In this document: positions 1 through 8,302 of the stretch, piece by piece
How positions within the stretch are numbered: position 1 is the stretch's first letter
Layout of the letters: the number at the start of each line of letters is the position of its first letter
Source of the DNA: an uncultured Syntrophobacterales bacterium
GTDB lineage: Bacteria; Desulfobacterota; Syntrophia; Syntrophales; UBA5619
Length of the DNA stretch: 64,000 bases
Reading direction: 5' to 3'
Assembly (NCBI GenBank): GCA_903928915.1
Contig: CAIYSL010000068.1
Location: forward strand, 81,005-145,004
Program-made: the position numbers and the translations under genes
Notes under the pieces: generated by a model
The model's input: only the letters and a program-made list of their open reading frames with translations
Database searches by the model: none
Told to the model about the DNA's origin: nothing

Positions 1-96
1 GAAGTCGCGGGAGGGACGGGCCATGAAGGTTCAAACGAGGTTGACGGGCCGCGGGGGCGAAAGGCCCCGGCAGGCATCGCAGGATACGGAACCGAG

Positions 97-846
97 ATGA
101 ACGGAGTCATCGTCAACGTAGTCGCGATTCTGGCGGGGACCGTTGTCGGCCTGCTGTTCGGCGGAATCATCCCGCAGCGCCTGCGCTCCACGGCCTTCAG
201 CGGCATCGGCCTGGCCACGACCGTCATCGGCGCGATGATGGCAATCGGCGGGCTCACCGACCTTGCCGGGTCGCGCCTGGGCGCCTACGCGCCGCTCGTG
301 CTGGTGGGGAGCCTCGTCCTGGGCGCCATCGCAGGCGAGCTGCTCGGCATCGAGGCGGCGCTGGAGCGGGTGGGGCGCTGGCTGCAGAGTGGGGCGGGGC
401 GCATCCCCTTGCTCGGACCCGCCAAGGCGAACGGCGCGGGCGAGAAGGGGCACACCCTGGTCGAGGGGTTCGTCACGGCGAGCCTGCTGTACTGCGTGGG
501 GGCGATGGCTGTGCTCGGCTCGATCCAGAGCGGCCTCGGCGACCCTTCCACGCTGTACCTGAAGGCGCTCCTCGACGGGTTCGCGTCGATCGCGCTCGCC
601 TCGACCCTCGGGGTCGGCGTCGGGCTCTCCAGCATCCCGATCCTGCTCCTCCAGGGAGCCATTGCTCTTGCGGCCTCCTCGGTGGAGCCGTTCATGACCA
701 AGGCCGTGATCGACACGATCCGGGCAACCGGCGGGGCGCTCATCCTGGCGATCGGGTTCGACCTCACGGGCATCAAGCGGCTTCCCGTGGGAAACCTGCT
801 GCCCGCGATCCTCTTCGGCGCGGCCTTCGGCTGGTTCCTCGGGTAG
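97..846 (+). CDS. DUF554-family integral membrane protein (YdfK/YqgA-like)
   Basis: 249-aa ORF with N-terminus MNGVIVNVVAILAGTVVGLLFGG and a Gly/Ala/Leu-rich multi-TM profile typical of DUF554. The overlapping ORFs are Arg/Pro-rich shadow frames. Confidence 0.75.
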   Translation: MNGVIVNVVAILAGTVVGLLFGGIIPQRLRSTAFSGIGLATTVIGAMMAIGGLTDLAGSRLGAYAPLVLVGSLVLGAIAGELLGIEAALERVGRWLQSGAGRIPLLGPAKANGAGEKGHTLVEGFVTASLLYCVGAMAVLGSIQSGLGDPSTLYLKALLDGFASIALASTLGVGVGLSSIPILLLQGAIALAASSVEPFMTKAVIDTIRATGGALILAIGFDLTGIKRLPVGNLLPAILFGAAFGWFLG

Positions 847-902
847 GGGCAGTCGTACGAGCCGATCAGGCGCCTCGCTGCCCCGGCGATGCCTGTCCGT
901 CA

Positions 903-931
903 TTGACAGGCGCCACGGTATCCCCTATGAA
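903..931 (+). promoter_or_regulatory. sigma-70-type promoter candidate for the flavoredoxin-like gene
   Basis: TTGACA (903-908), 17-nt spacer, TATGAA (926-931). GGAGGTG RBS at 971-977 precedes the ATG at 985. Confidence 0.35.
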
Positions 932-984
932 TCGGGCAGGAAGCGGATAGTAGCGGGGACTCTTTATCCAGGAGGTGGGTTACG

Positions 985-1485
985 ATGAAAGATGTAGACT
1001 ACATGGGTGTCGCCGAAGACAGTATGGCCAAGATCCGGGAGGGGGCGTTCCTCACCGTGAAATCCGGCAATGCGCTCAACACCATGACCATCGGCTGGGC
1101 CACATTCGGGGTGGTCTGGCGCAAGCCGATCATGATGGTAGCGGTGCGGTTGAGCCGGCACACCTTCGGGATCATCGAGGCAGCGAAGGATTTCACCGTC
1201 ACCGTTCCCGCCGGGGACATGCGCAAGGAGACCGCCCTCTGCGGCTCGGAATCCGGCCGGACCGTGGACAAGTTCAAGGCCTGCAACCTGGAAACAGCCG
1301 CCGGCCGCCACGTCGCCTCGCCGATCATCAAGACCCGCGGCCGCCACTACGAGTGCCGGATCGTCTACAAGTCGGCCATGGACCCGGCCCATCTGGATGG
1401 GGATTTCGATGCCTCCCTGTACCCCCGGAAGGATTACCACACCCTGTACTTCGGCGAGATCCTGGCCTGCTACGAGACCGACTGA
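985..1485 (+). CDS. flavin reductase-like FMN-binding domain protein (flavoredoxin family)
   Basis: 166-aa ORF with a strong RBS. The sequence AFLTVKSGNALNTMTIGWATFGVVWRKPIMMVAVRLSRHT resembles the split-barrel flavin reductase / flavoredoxin family. Confidence 0.75.
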   Translation: MKDVDYMGVAEDSMAKIREGAFLTVKSGNALNTMTIGWATFGVVWRKPIMMVAVRLSRHTFGIIEAAKDFTVTVPAGDMRKETALCGSESGRTVDKFKACNLETAAGRHVASPIIKTRGRHYECRIVYKSAMDPAHLDGDFDASLYPRKDYHTLYFGEILACYETD

Positions 1486-1708
1486 CAGGCGAGCTTTCCC
1501 CTGGGCAAGGCGAGCCTCGGTTGCCGGCGGAGCTGCAACGCATCTTGTCTTCCGATGGTTTGCTTTCTGCTTGCCAGGGCGCAATTTTCGATACAGGTAC
1601 TGGACTGCAATCGGAAATGGTGCTAAGAGTGACCCACACATAGTAAGATCAGTTGAATGTTCCATCCCGTATGACAATGCTGGAGGGGAATATGGACTGG
1701 CAGAAAAG

Positions 1709-1746
1709 ACCCCGTTTCCCAATGGCAGAAACGGGGTTTTTCTTTT
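1709..1746 (+). terminator. rho-independent terminator
   Basis: Perfect 10-bp stem ACCCCGTTTC / GAAACGGGGT (1709-1718 / 1728-1737) with a 9-nt loop, followed by TTTTTCTTTT. Confidence 0.7.
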
Positions 1747-1971
1747 GCCTGCATGAACGTCACCGAACCGTCGGGACAAATTTACCAGATCTTACCAAGC
1801 TGGTTTTATGTCCGTATTACCAGGATATACGAAGTGATTATAGATCCTAATCATCTGTTTTAATTATTTATTATCCGAGACGAAGAAATTTGGCTGCATC
1901 AAGGTGATAATGAGAATATCGGAAAAAGCCAAGCGCGTATATTAATTGTTGGGTGAACGAGAGAACGAGAA

Positions 1972-3051
1972 ATGGGACTATGGAAGATCACGAGTAATGG
2001 TCCATCGAAGGTAAAGGAGACGAAGCTCAAAGAGGAGAAACTTCTTGAAGAACATCTGGAAGAGTGGATAACACAGGACTCATCGATCCTCGGGGAATCC
2101 CTGCTCGTATTCGGGCGGCAAGTAACCATTCCAGACACAAAAGATCGCCTCGATCTCCTTGCAGTTGACCCCAACGGATCGATTACCGTTATTGAACTTA
2201 AGCGCGGTCAAATGAAAGACCCCGTGGACATCCAGAGCCTGAGATATGCGAGCTACGTATCCAAATGGGATTTCCAAGATTTTGAGAATACTGCCAGAAA
2301 TTACTTTGGGAAAGTAGGTGACGCGGAGTTCAATTTCAACGAGTTGTTTGAATCCTTCTGTTCTGAAGCCGGAATAGACGACATCCCAGACATTAATAGA
2401 GACCAGAGGATTATCATTGTGGGCTCCGCTGTGCGGGAAAAGCTGGGAAGCGTTGCCCTATGGTTGCGAGCGCACAACATCGATATCAAGCTCATCGAGG
2501 TGCAGGCATACAAAGAGGGAAGCGACCTTTTTATAGAGCCGTCAACCATTGTGCCGGTCGCGGTTGGGCGTTTCGATTCCGTGGGAAAAACAGGGCCGGA
2601 GGGACAGCCTTGGCTCGCGGATGGCAAGGCGTGGCACCTTGAAAAGCGATGTAGTCCCAAAACCAAAGAAATGCTTTTGCTCCTCGACCAAGTAGTGCAA
2701 GAGGAATTCGGTATAGAGGGTCCTCGATGGAGTCAGAAATACTATGTCGCCTATCCTGTGAATGACTTCAACTGGCTATCCGTACACACAAAGCCTCGTT
2801 TTCTGGTACTTGACTTTCTCGTCAAGGCAGGAGCTTTCAAGACAGAGGAACTGGCCGAACGTCTCGCTGTGGAGAAGTTCGATACTGACGAGAGCCTCGC
2901 TGAGAAGCTCGGCATGCCCAGCACTGTGTTTGTGAAAAACAGAAACCCTACATCAGACCGCATAAGGTTGCGCGCAAAGGAAGATTTCGACGTTAAGTCA
3001 AAGACATTTGTTGAGTTCTTGAAGGATGCATACAAAGCGTTCCCGAAATAA
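1972..3051 (+). CDS. NucS/DUF91-like PD-(D/E)XK nuclease-domain protein with a DUF5655-like C-terminal domain
   Basis: 359-aa ORF in an AT-rich stretch. The N-terminal core KDRLDLLAVDPNGSITVIELKRG carries a D...E-x-K nuclease signature. The C-terminal half (YYVAYPVNDFNWLSVHTKPRFLVLDF...) resembles the domain commonly fused to these nucleases. Confidence 0.65.
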   Translation: MGLWKITSNGPSKVKETKLKEEKLLEEHLEEWITQDSSILGESLLVFGRQVTIPDTKDRLDLLAVDPNGSITVIELKRGQMKDPVDIQSLRYASYVSKWDFQDFENTARNYFGKVGDAEFNFNELFESFCSEAGIDDIPDINRDQRIIIVGSAVREKLGSVALWLRAHNIDIKLIEVQAYKEGSDLFIEPSTIVPVAVGRFDSVGKTGPEGQPWLADGKAWHLEKRCSPKTKEMLLLLDQVVQEEFGIEGPRWSQKYYVAYPVNDFNWLSVHTKPRFLVLDFLVKAGAFKTEELAERLAVEKFDTDESLAEKLGMPSTVFVKNRNPTSDRIRLRAKEDFDVKSKTFVEFLKDAYKAFPK

Positions 3052-3157
3052 AGGCGAACACCCAACGAGGCGCTGAACCCGATCGTGGCCCTGTCGGGCC
3101 ACTCCGGGTTAGCTCCATGTCAGGCCACAAAACTGGCTCACTGGAAAAGGAGATGCT

Positions 3158-3967
3158 ATGAAACCGAACGAGAGTAAGCTTACTTTTGGAGTAGCCGTTG
3201 CAGTCTTCGCGATGCTTGTTTTGCACACGATGGCATTCGCTCAACAGACGGCCCCAGCGGGCAGCCAAGGACTGACATTGAAAGCCTACGGGCCGGGTGG
3301 TCCGGCTCCGGCCATGCGCGAAGCGGCGAAGGTATTCGGAGGCAAGAAGGGGATTTCCGTCGCGATTACCGCCGGCCCAACACCAACGTGGAAAGATCAG
3401 GCCATGAAAGATGCGGACCTCATTTTCAGCGGTTCCGAGTATATGATGACGGATTTTGTCCGCAGGGATCTGCCCGGCCTGATTGACGTAGCGACGATCC
3501 GCACCCTGTACCTGCGGCCCTCGGCAATTCTTGTCCGTCCAGGCAATCCCAAGAAGCTCGGAGGGGTGAGAGATCTTGCCAAACCCGGCATCAAGATTCT
3601 CGTAGTTGAGGGTGCCGGGCAAGTTGGAATGTGGGAGGACGTCGCAGGGAGAACAGGCGATGTGAGGCTTGTCGATGGCATACGGCGGAACATTGGCTTC
3701 TTCGCCGCGAATAGCGGCGAGGCCAAGAAGCTTTGGAATAGCGATCTGAGCTATGATGTGTGGTTCATCTGGACGATTTGGCAAAAGGAGGATCCTGCCG
3801 CCGCCGATCTCATACACACCGAGAAGGAGAACACGGTTTACCGGTCTTGCGGCGTTGCCACGACAAGTCGCTCTGAGAACAAGGCGATCGCAAAGGAGTT
3901 CTCGGATTTCCTGCAGTCTGCCGACGGACAAGAGATCTTCGTAAAGTGGGGGTGGCTGGCCCGGTAG
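3158..3967 (+). CDS. periplasmic ModA-like (molybdate/tungstate-type PBP2) substrate-binding protein, orphan
   Basis: 269 aa with a signal peptide (VAVAVFAMLVLHTMAFAQQ). Layout parallels ModA: LKAYGPGG...AAKVF...ISV, DADLIFSGSE, and C-terminal AKEFSDFLQSADGQEIFVKWGW. AAGGAG RBS upstream. No permease or ATPase gene nearby. Confidence 0.55.
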   Translation: MKPNESKLTFGVAVAVFAMLVLHTMAFAQQTAPAGSQGLTLKAYGPGGPAPAMREAAKVFGGKKGISVAITAGPTPTWKDQAMKDADLIFSGSEYMMTDFVRRDLPGLIDVATIRTLYLRPSAILVRPGNPKKLGGVRDLAKPGIKILVVEGAGQVGMWEDVAGRTGDVRLVDGIRRNIGFFAANSGEAKKLWNSDLSYDVWFIWTIWQKEDPAAADLIHTEKENTVYRSCGVATTSRSENKAIAKEFSDFLQSADGQEIFVKWGWLAR

Positions 3968-4145
3968 GTCGCAGATCAGCCGACCGGCATAGTGGTGCTT
4001 GCATCCACAAGAGCACATTCACCGGACAGGGCTCGACATGCCTAACCCCACGGCTGCCGATCCGCTGAACCCGGTCACCGAACGGGACCAGGACCGCACG
4101 GCTGAGCAATGTGTTTGCATGCCTGTTGCGGAGCTGAGCGGCGCA

Positions 4146-6995
4146 CTATTCGTACATCTGGTTCAACAAATCCAGTATCCGGTTCTGATTCGGCGACGTC
4201 GGGTCGGTGGCCATGTTCACCGCGTCGCGGGAGGCGAAGAAGGCGATCTCGGGTAAGGCCTCGCGGGGAATGCCCTGGGCCTTGAGGCTGAGGGAGATGC
4301 CGAGCCGGCCGTACAGCGAGCGGAGGCTTTTCTCCAGGTCTTCCGAGCGGTCGATCAGGAAGGCCAGATCCGTGAACGGCTCCTTGCAGGTTTCCCTGTT
4401 CGCCTTCACGAACCCCATCAACCCGAAGACGGCTGCCCGGCCGTGGGGCAGGTGGTAATGGGCGCCCAGGGTGTGGGTCAGGGCGTGGCCCAAGCCCAGC
4501 CCCTTCAGGAAGGCGAGGCCTCCGCAGAGGGCTGCCATGCACAGGTCCGTGCGGGCCGGGATGTTGTTCCCGTCCCGGTATGCCGCAGCCAGGCTCCGGC
4601 CGATCAGCTTGACCCCGTACAGCGCCATCGACTCGAAGTAGGGATGGTAGGGGGTTGCCAGGGAGACGTAGCCCTCGACGCAGTGGGCCAGGGCGTCGAT
4701 GCCCGACTCCACGGTGAGTCCCGGCGGCATGGAGGCCGTAAGCAGCGGGTCGATCACGGCGAGCTTCGGGATGAGGTGGTTGCTCATCACGATGAACTTC
4801 AGGTCCCGCTCGCGATCGGTGAGGACCGCGCAGGGGTTCGCCTCGCTCCCCGTGCCGGAGGTGGTGGGGATGCATACGACCGGCGGGAAGACCGGCTTGA
4901 TCTTGGCGCCGCCGCCCACGATGCTCTCGTATTCGCGCAGGTCGCCCCCGTGGCTGACCCGGAGCCCCAGGGTCTTGGCCGTGTCGAGCGAGCTTCCGCC
5001 GCCGAGCCCCACGATGCCGTCGCACCCCTGCTCCCGGTAGAGCCTGCCCGCCCGTTCGATCAGCTCGACCGGCGGGTCGGGCTCCACCTCGGGGAAGAGG
5101 ACCGTCTCGACGCCGCTTGCCTCCAGGATCGTCCGGACCTCCCCGGCCTTCCCGCTCTTGAACAGGAATGGGTCGGTGGCGAGGAAGGCCCGGGTCACCC
5201 CGAGCTGGCGCACCCGTTGGCCCATGTTCCGGACGACGCCGGCGCCCAGCATCACCTCCGGGAGCGGCGGGATGCGGACCTCCCGGACGGTGTCCTTCTC
5301 CCGGAACGAGTCGAGCCCCTTCCAGAGGTTCTGCACATCTGCGTCATCGCAGTCAAAGACGGAACCGGTCGGTGCGACCGTCTCTGCGCGGAGGAACGCC
5401 GGGATCGCGGGGTCGAGCTTGGCGAACTCGGCCTGTTCGTTGAAGGCGAGCTGGTCCCGAAGGGTCTGTTTGCCGATCGCCAGGACATCGTCGGGTGTGA
5501 GGTTCAGGCCGTAGCGGGCGTTCATCAGCTCGGCAAAGAAGGGATACACCGGGCGGCTTCCCGGGACGGCGTTCAGGCAGTAGCCGAAGGCGTCGCAGGT
5601 GGCGGCCCGGACCTGGGAGCGGAGCGAATTTTCCGCCTGCCTGCCCTTGTCCCGGGGGATGCGGTAGGTGAGCCCGGCCGTGTGGTCGGCCCCCATCGGG
5701 CTCGTGAAGTAGGTCATTCCCGTTCCCTTGACGCTGCGCGGGTCGTGGGCCGGGATGGCCTGGCCCTTGAAGGCGGGCACGCGGTCGATGCCGAGGTGGG
5801 CTGCGGCGGCGACCACGCCGTTGGCGAGGGCGGCCCCCAGCGGCGTTCCCGCTTCGACCTCGCCCAAGAGGCGGATCGCTCCCTCGGGATCTCCCCAGGC
5901 CATCCGCCCCGCCTCGGCGGCCAGCCCCAGGGCGCTGCCCGTCTCCACGGCGTCGAGCCCCAGGTCGTCGCAGAGGAATTTCAGCTTCGCGATGGCGTCG
6001 TTGTCGGCGATCCCCAGGTTGGTCCCCAGCATGGCGATCGTCTCGTACTCGTAGGCCCCGCAGATGCGGCTGCCGTCCGGGCCGGGGTAGACGATCGAGC
6101 ACTGGACCACGCAGCCGGGCATGCAGCCGTGCATCCTGCCGTGGCGTTCGTACAGGATCTTCTGGATGGCGTTGCCGCTCACGGCGGTGAAGTTCTCCGG
6201 CCGGCCGGAGCGGTAGTTCAGGGTGGGCAGGGTGCCCTGGCTCGCGGAGTTCGCGACGGCAAAGGGGGTGCCGAACCGGGAAAAGAGGCTGCAGGCGATG
6301 TCGTGTTTGAGGGTCTCCGCCCAGGACCGGCAGGCGGCGCGGAATTCTTCGGGCCGGGCGAGTTCGGGGGCCGCAGTCCCGGTGGGGTCGAGGACGATCG
6401 CCTTGAGCCCCTTCGCCCCCATCACGGCCCCCAGACCGCCCCGGGCCGCGTTCCGCGACGGGTCGCCGAAGAGGTCCGTCACCGAGACGGATGCCCCGCG
6501 GTACTGCCGCTCGCCTGCCGGGCCGGTGGCGATCAGGGCGGCCTTTTCCCCGAACCGTTCCCGCAGCCGGGCGGCGAGCGCGTAGTTCTTCAGGCCGTGG
6601 TATTCCTCGGCCGGGATGAGTTCCGCTTTGTCTGCGGAGATCAGCAGGATCAACAGCCGGCCCGCTGCGGGCGCCCCTTCAACGACGACGGCCCGGATCC
6701 CCAGCCGGTCGAGGAGCTGGGCCGCAGTCCCGCCGGAGTTGGCCTCTTTGATGCCGAAGGTGAGCGGGCTCTTGGCGCCGACGGAAAGCCGACCGAGCTG
6801 CGGGGCCTTCGTCCCGGCCAGCGGACCGGCGGCCACGATCAGGCGATTCGCCGGGCCCAGCGGATCGGCCAAGGGCGCGACCTCTGCGGTGATGAGCTTG
6901 GCGATCAGGGCGCTCCCGCCGAGGTATCGCCATTTCTCCGGCAGACTCGCGCAGGACGTCTCAAGACTGTCCATCCGGACCCTGAGCAGTTTCAT
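4146..6995 (-). CDS. fusion protein: aldehyde:ferredoxin oxidoreductase (tungstopterin AOR family) N-terminal module plus iron-containing alcohol dehydrogenase C-terminal module
   Basis: Start placed at MKLLRVRMD (ATG at 6995, GGGAGG RBS at 7001-7007); the track ORF extends to 7118. The AOR part has LGGSALIAKL, GPLAGT..P..GRLSVGAKSPLT and the Cys cluster GCMPGCVVQC. The ADH part (about 4146-5258) has GLGGGSSLDTAK and HALTHTLGAHYHLPHG. One uninterrupted frame of 949 aa. Confidence 0.85.
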   Translation of the reverse strand: MKLLRVRMDSLETSCASLPEKWRYLGGSALIAKLITAEVAPLADPLGPANRLIVAAGPLAGTKAPQLGRLSVGAKSPLTFGIKEANSGGTAAQLLDRLGIRAVVVEGAPAAGRLLILLISADKAELIPAEEYHGLKNYALAARLRERFGEKAALIATGPAGERQYRGASVSVTDLFGDPSRNAARGGLGAVMGAKGLKAIVLDPTGTAAPELARPEEFRAACRSWAETLKHDIACSLFSRFGTPFAVANSASQGTLPTLNYRSGRPENFTAVSGNAIQKILYERHGRMHGCMPGCVVQCSIVYPGPDGSRICGAYEYETIAMLGTNLGIADNDAIAKLKFLCDDLGLDAVETGSALGLAAEAGRMAWGDPEGAIRLLGEVEAGTPLGAALANGVVAAAAHLGIDRVPAFKGQAIPAHDPRSVKGTGMTYFTSPMGADHTAGLTYRIPRDKGRQAENSLRSQVRAATCDAFGYCLNAVPGSRPVYPFFAELMNARYGLNLTPDDVLAIGKQTLRDQLAFNEQAEFAKLDPAIPAFLRAETVAPTGSVFDCDDADVQNLWKGLDSFREKDTVREVRIPPLPEVMLGAGVVRNMGQRVRQLGVTRAFLATDPFLFKSGKAGEVRTILEASGVETVLFPEVEPDPPVELIERAGRLYREQGCDGIVGLGGGSSLDTAKTLGLRVSHGGDLREYESIVGGGAKIKPVFPPVVCIPTTSGTGSEANPCAVLTDRERDLKFIVMSNHLIPKLAVIDPLLTASMPPGLTVESGIDALAHCVEGYVSLATPYHPYFESMALYGVKLIGRSLAAAYRDGNNIPARTDLCMAALCGGLAFLKGLGLGHALTHTLGAHYHLPHGRAAVFGLMGFVKANRETCKEPFTDLAFLIDRSEDLEKSLRSLYGRLGISLSLKAQGIPREALPEIAFFASRDAVNMATDPTSPNQNRILDLLNQMYE

Positions 6996-7159
6996 TTCCC
7001 GCCTCCCTGTGGTATCTTCATACCACGTTGCCCGGGCTTTCAAAAGGGGATGATCGCGCAGAATCTCCTTGACAGGGGGCCCCCCTTCCCTTACCGTAGC
7101 GCGCCCGGAAGCGGGCACAGAAAGCGGAAATCACGAAACAATAAGGCTGTGGAACCCAG

Positions 7160-8302
7160 ATGAATGTCGAGATCGTCTTTGCGCTGGTGACCGGGTTCAA
7201 CTTCGGGATCATCATGATGAACATCCCGCCGGTGCTCGGCGAGTTCATGGAACTCTACGGGGCTTCCTATACCCGGATCTCCGTCCTGATCAGCTCGCTC
7301 CTCTGGACGCACACCGTCATGCAGCTCCCGGCCGGGCTGATCGTGGACCGGCTGGGGGTCCGCCGCACCCAGTTTCTCAGTTACCTCTGCATGTGCATCG
7401 GGAGCGCGATGCCGGTGGCAAGCCCTGTCCTGTCCTGGGCAATCGCCGGCCGGATCGTCACCGGCCTGGGGACCGGGCTCGGATGGCTGGCGACCCTGAA
7501 GATGCTGGCGGTGTCGGCGCCCCAAGGGCGGGGAGGCGCCTACCAGGCCTTCTTCGCCGGCCTGTTCTCGCTGGGGAGCATCCTCGCCTTTCTGTACATC
7601 CCGACGATCGCGGCAGCGGGGTGGCAGTGGGTGTACCTGACGCCGGCGATCCTCTGTCTGCTGCAGCTGTTCTTCGTGCCGGTCCTGAAGAAGGACGTCC
7701 CCGCCGCGGCCGTGCAGGCGCACCTGCCGCTCCGGAGCATCGTGGGGATGAAGGCGGCGTGGCTTCTGGGGCTCTACCATGCCGTGTCGTACGGATCGAT
7801 GCTCAGCTTCGGGAACTGGGTCCCCTCGCTCCTGGCCGAGGCCCTGCCCGGCCGCACCGCCACGCAGCTCGCCTGGGGGGGGGCGCTGGTGATGCTCGTC
7901 AGCGGGCTGGGCAGGATCTCCGGGGGGTTCGTCATCTTCCGGATCTCGCCGTACGTAGTCGCCCACGGCTCGATCCTCGGGCTCTGCCTGCTGTTCGGCG
8001 GACTGGCGGTCATCCCCGGCCCGGCGGTGGTCCTGGCCCTGGCGCTCTTGGGCGCCTGGTTCGGGTCCTTCGTGTTCGGGTCGCTGTTCCAGCTCGCGAA
8101 CCGGTCCGCCCCGGCCGAATCGCTGGGCGCGGTGCTCGGGTTCATCAATTTCCTGGCAAATCTGGGGGCGGTGGCCATCACGCTGCTGTTCGGCTGGTCA
8201 AAGGACGAGCTCGGCTCCTTCACCTGGACGTTCGCGATCCTCTGCCCGCTTGCCGCCGCGGCGCTCGTCGCCGGCTGGAGGGGGCTGGGGAGGAGGGGGT
8301 AG
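7160..8302 (+). CDS. MFS transporter
   Basis: 380 aa, about 12 predicted TM segments, MFS-like loop motif (VDRLGVRRT). Confidence 0.8.
   Translation: MNVEIVFALVTGFNFGIIMMNIPPVLGEFMELYGASYTRISVLISSLLWTHTVMQLPAGLIVDRLGVRRTQFLSYLCMCIGSAMPVASPVLSWAIAGRIVTGLGTGLGWLATLKMLAVSAPQGRGGAYQAFFAGLFSLGSILAFLYIPTIAAAGWQWVYLTPAILCLLQLFFVPVLKKDVPAAAVQAHLPLRSIVGMKAAWLLGLYHAVSYGSMLSFGNWVPSLLAEALPGRTATQLAWGGALVMLVSGLGRISGGFVIFRISPYVVAHGSILGLCLLFGGLAVIPGPAVVLALALLGAWFGSFVFGSLFQLANRSAPAESLGAVLGFINFLANLGAVAITLLFGWSKDELGSFTWTFAILCPLAAAALVAGWRGLGRRG

Noticed and set aside
4443-7163. 906-aa ORF on the plus strand, plus several 80-320-aa ORFs in the same span
   Set aside because: It lies antisense to or out of frame with the AOR-ADH gene, whose product has clear family motifs along its whole length. 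The product is Arg/Gly/Pro/Asp-rich with no recognisable domain, as expected for a stop-poor shadow frame in high-GC DNA.
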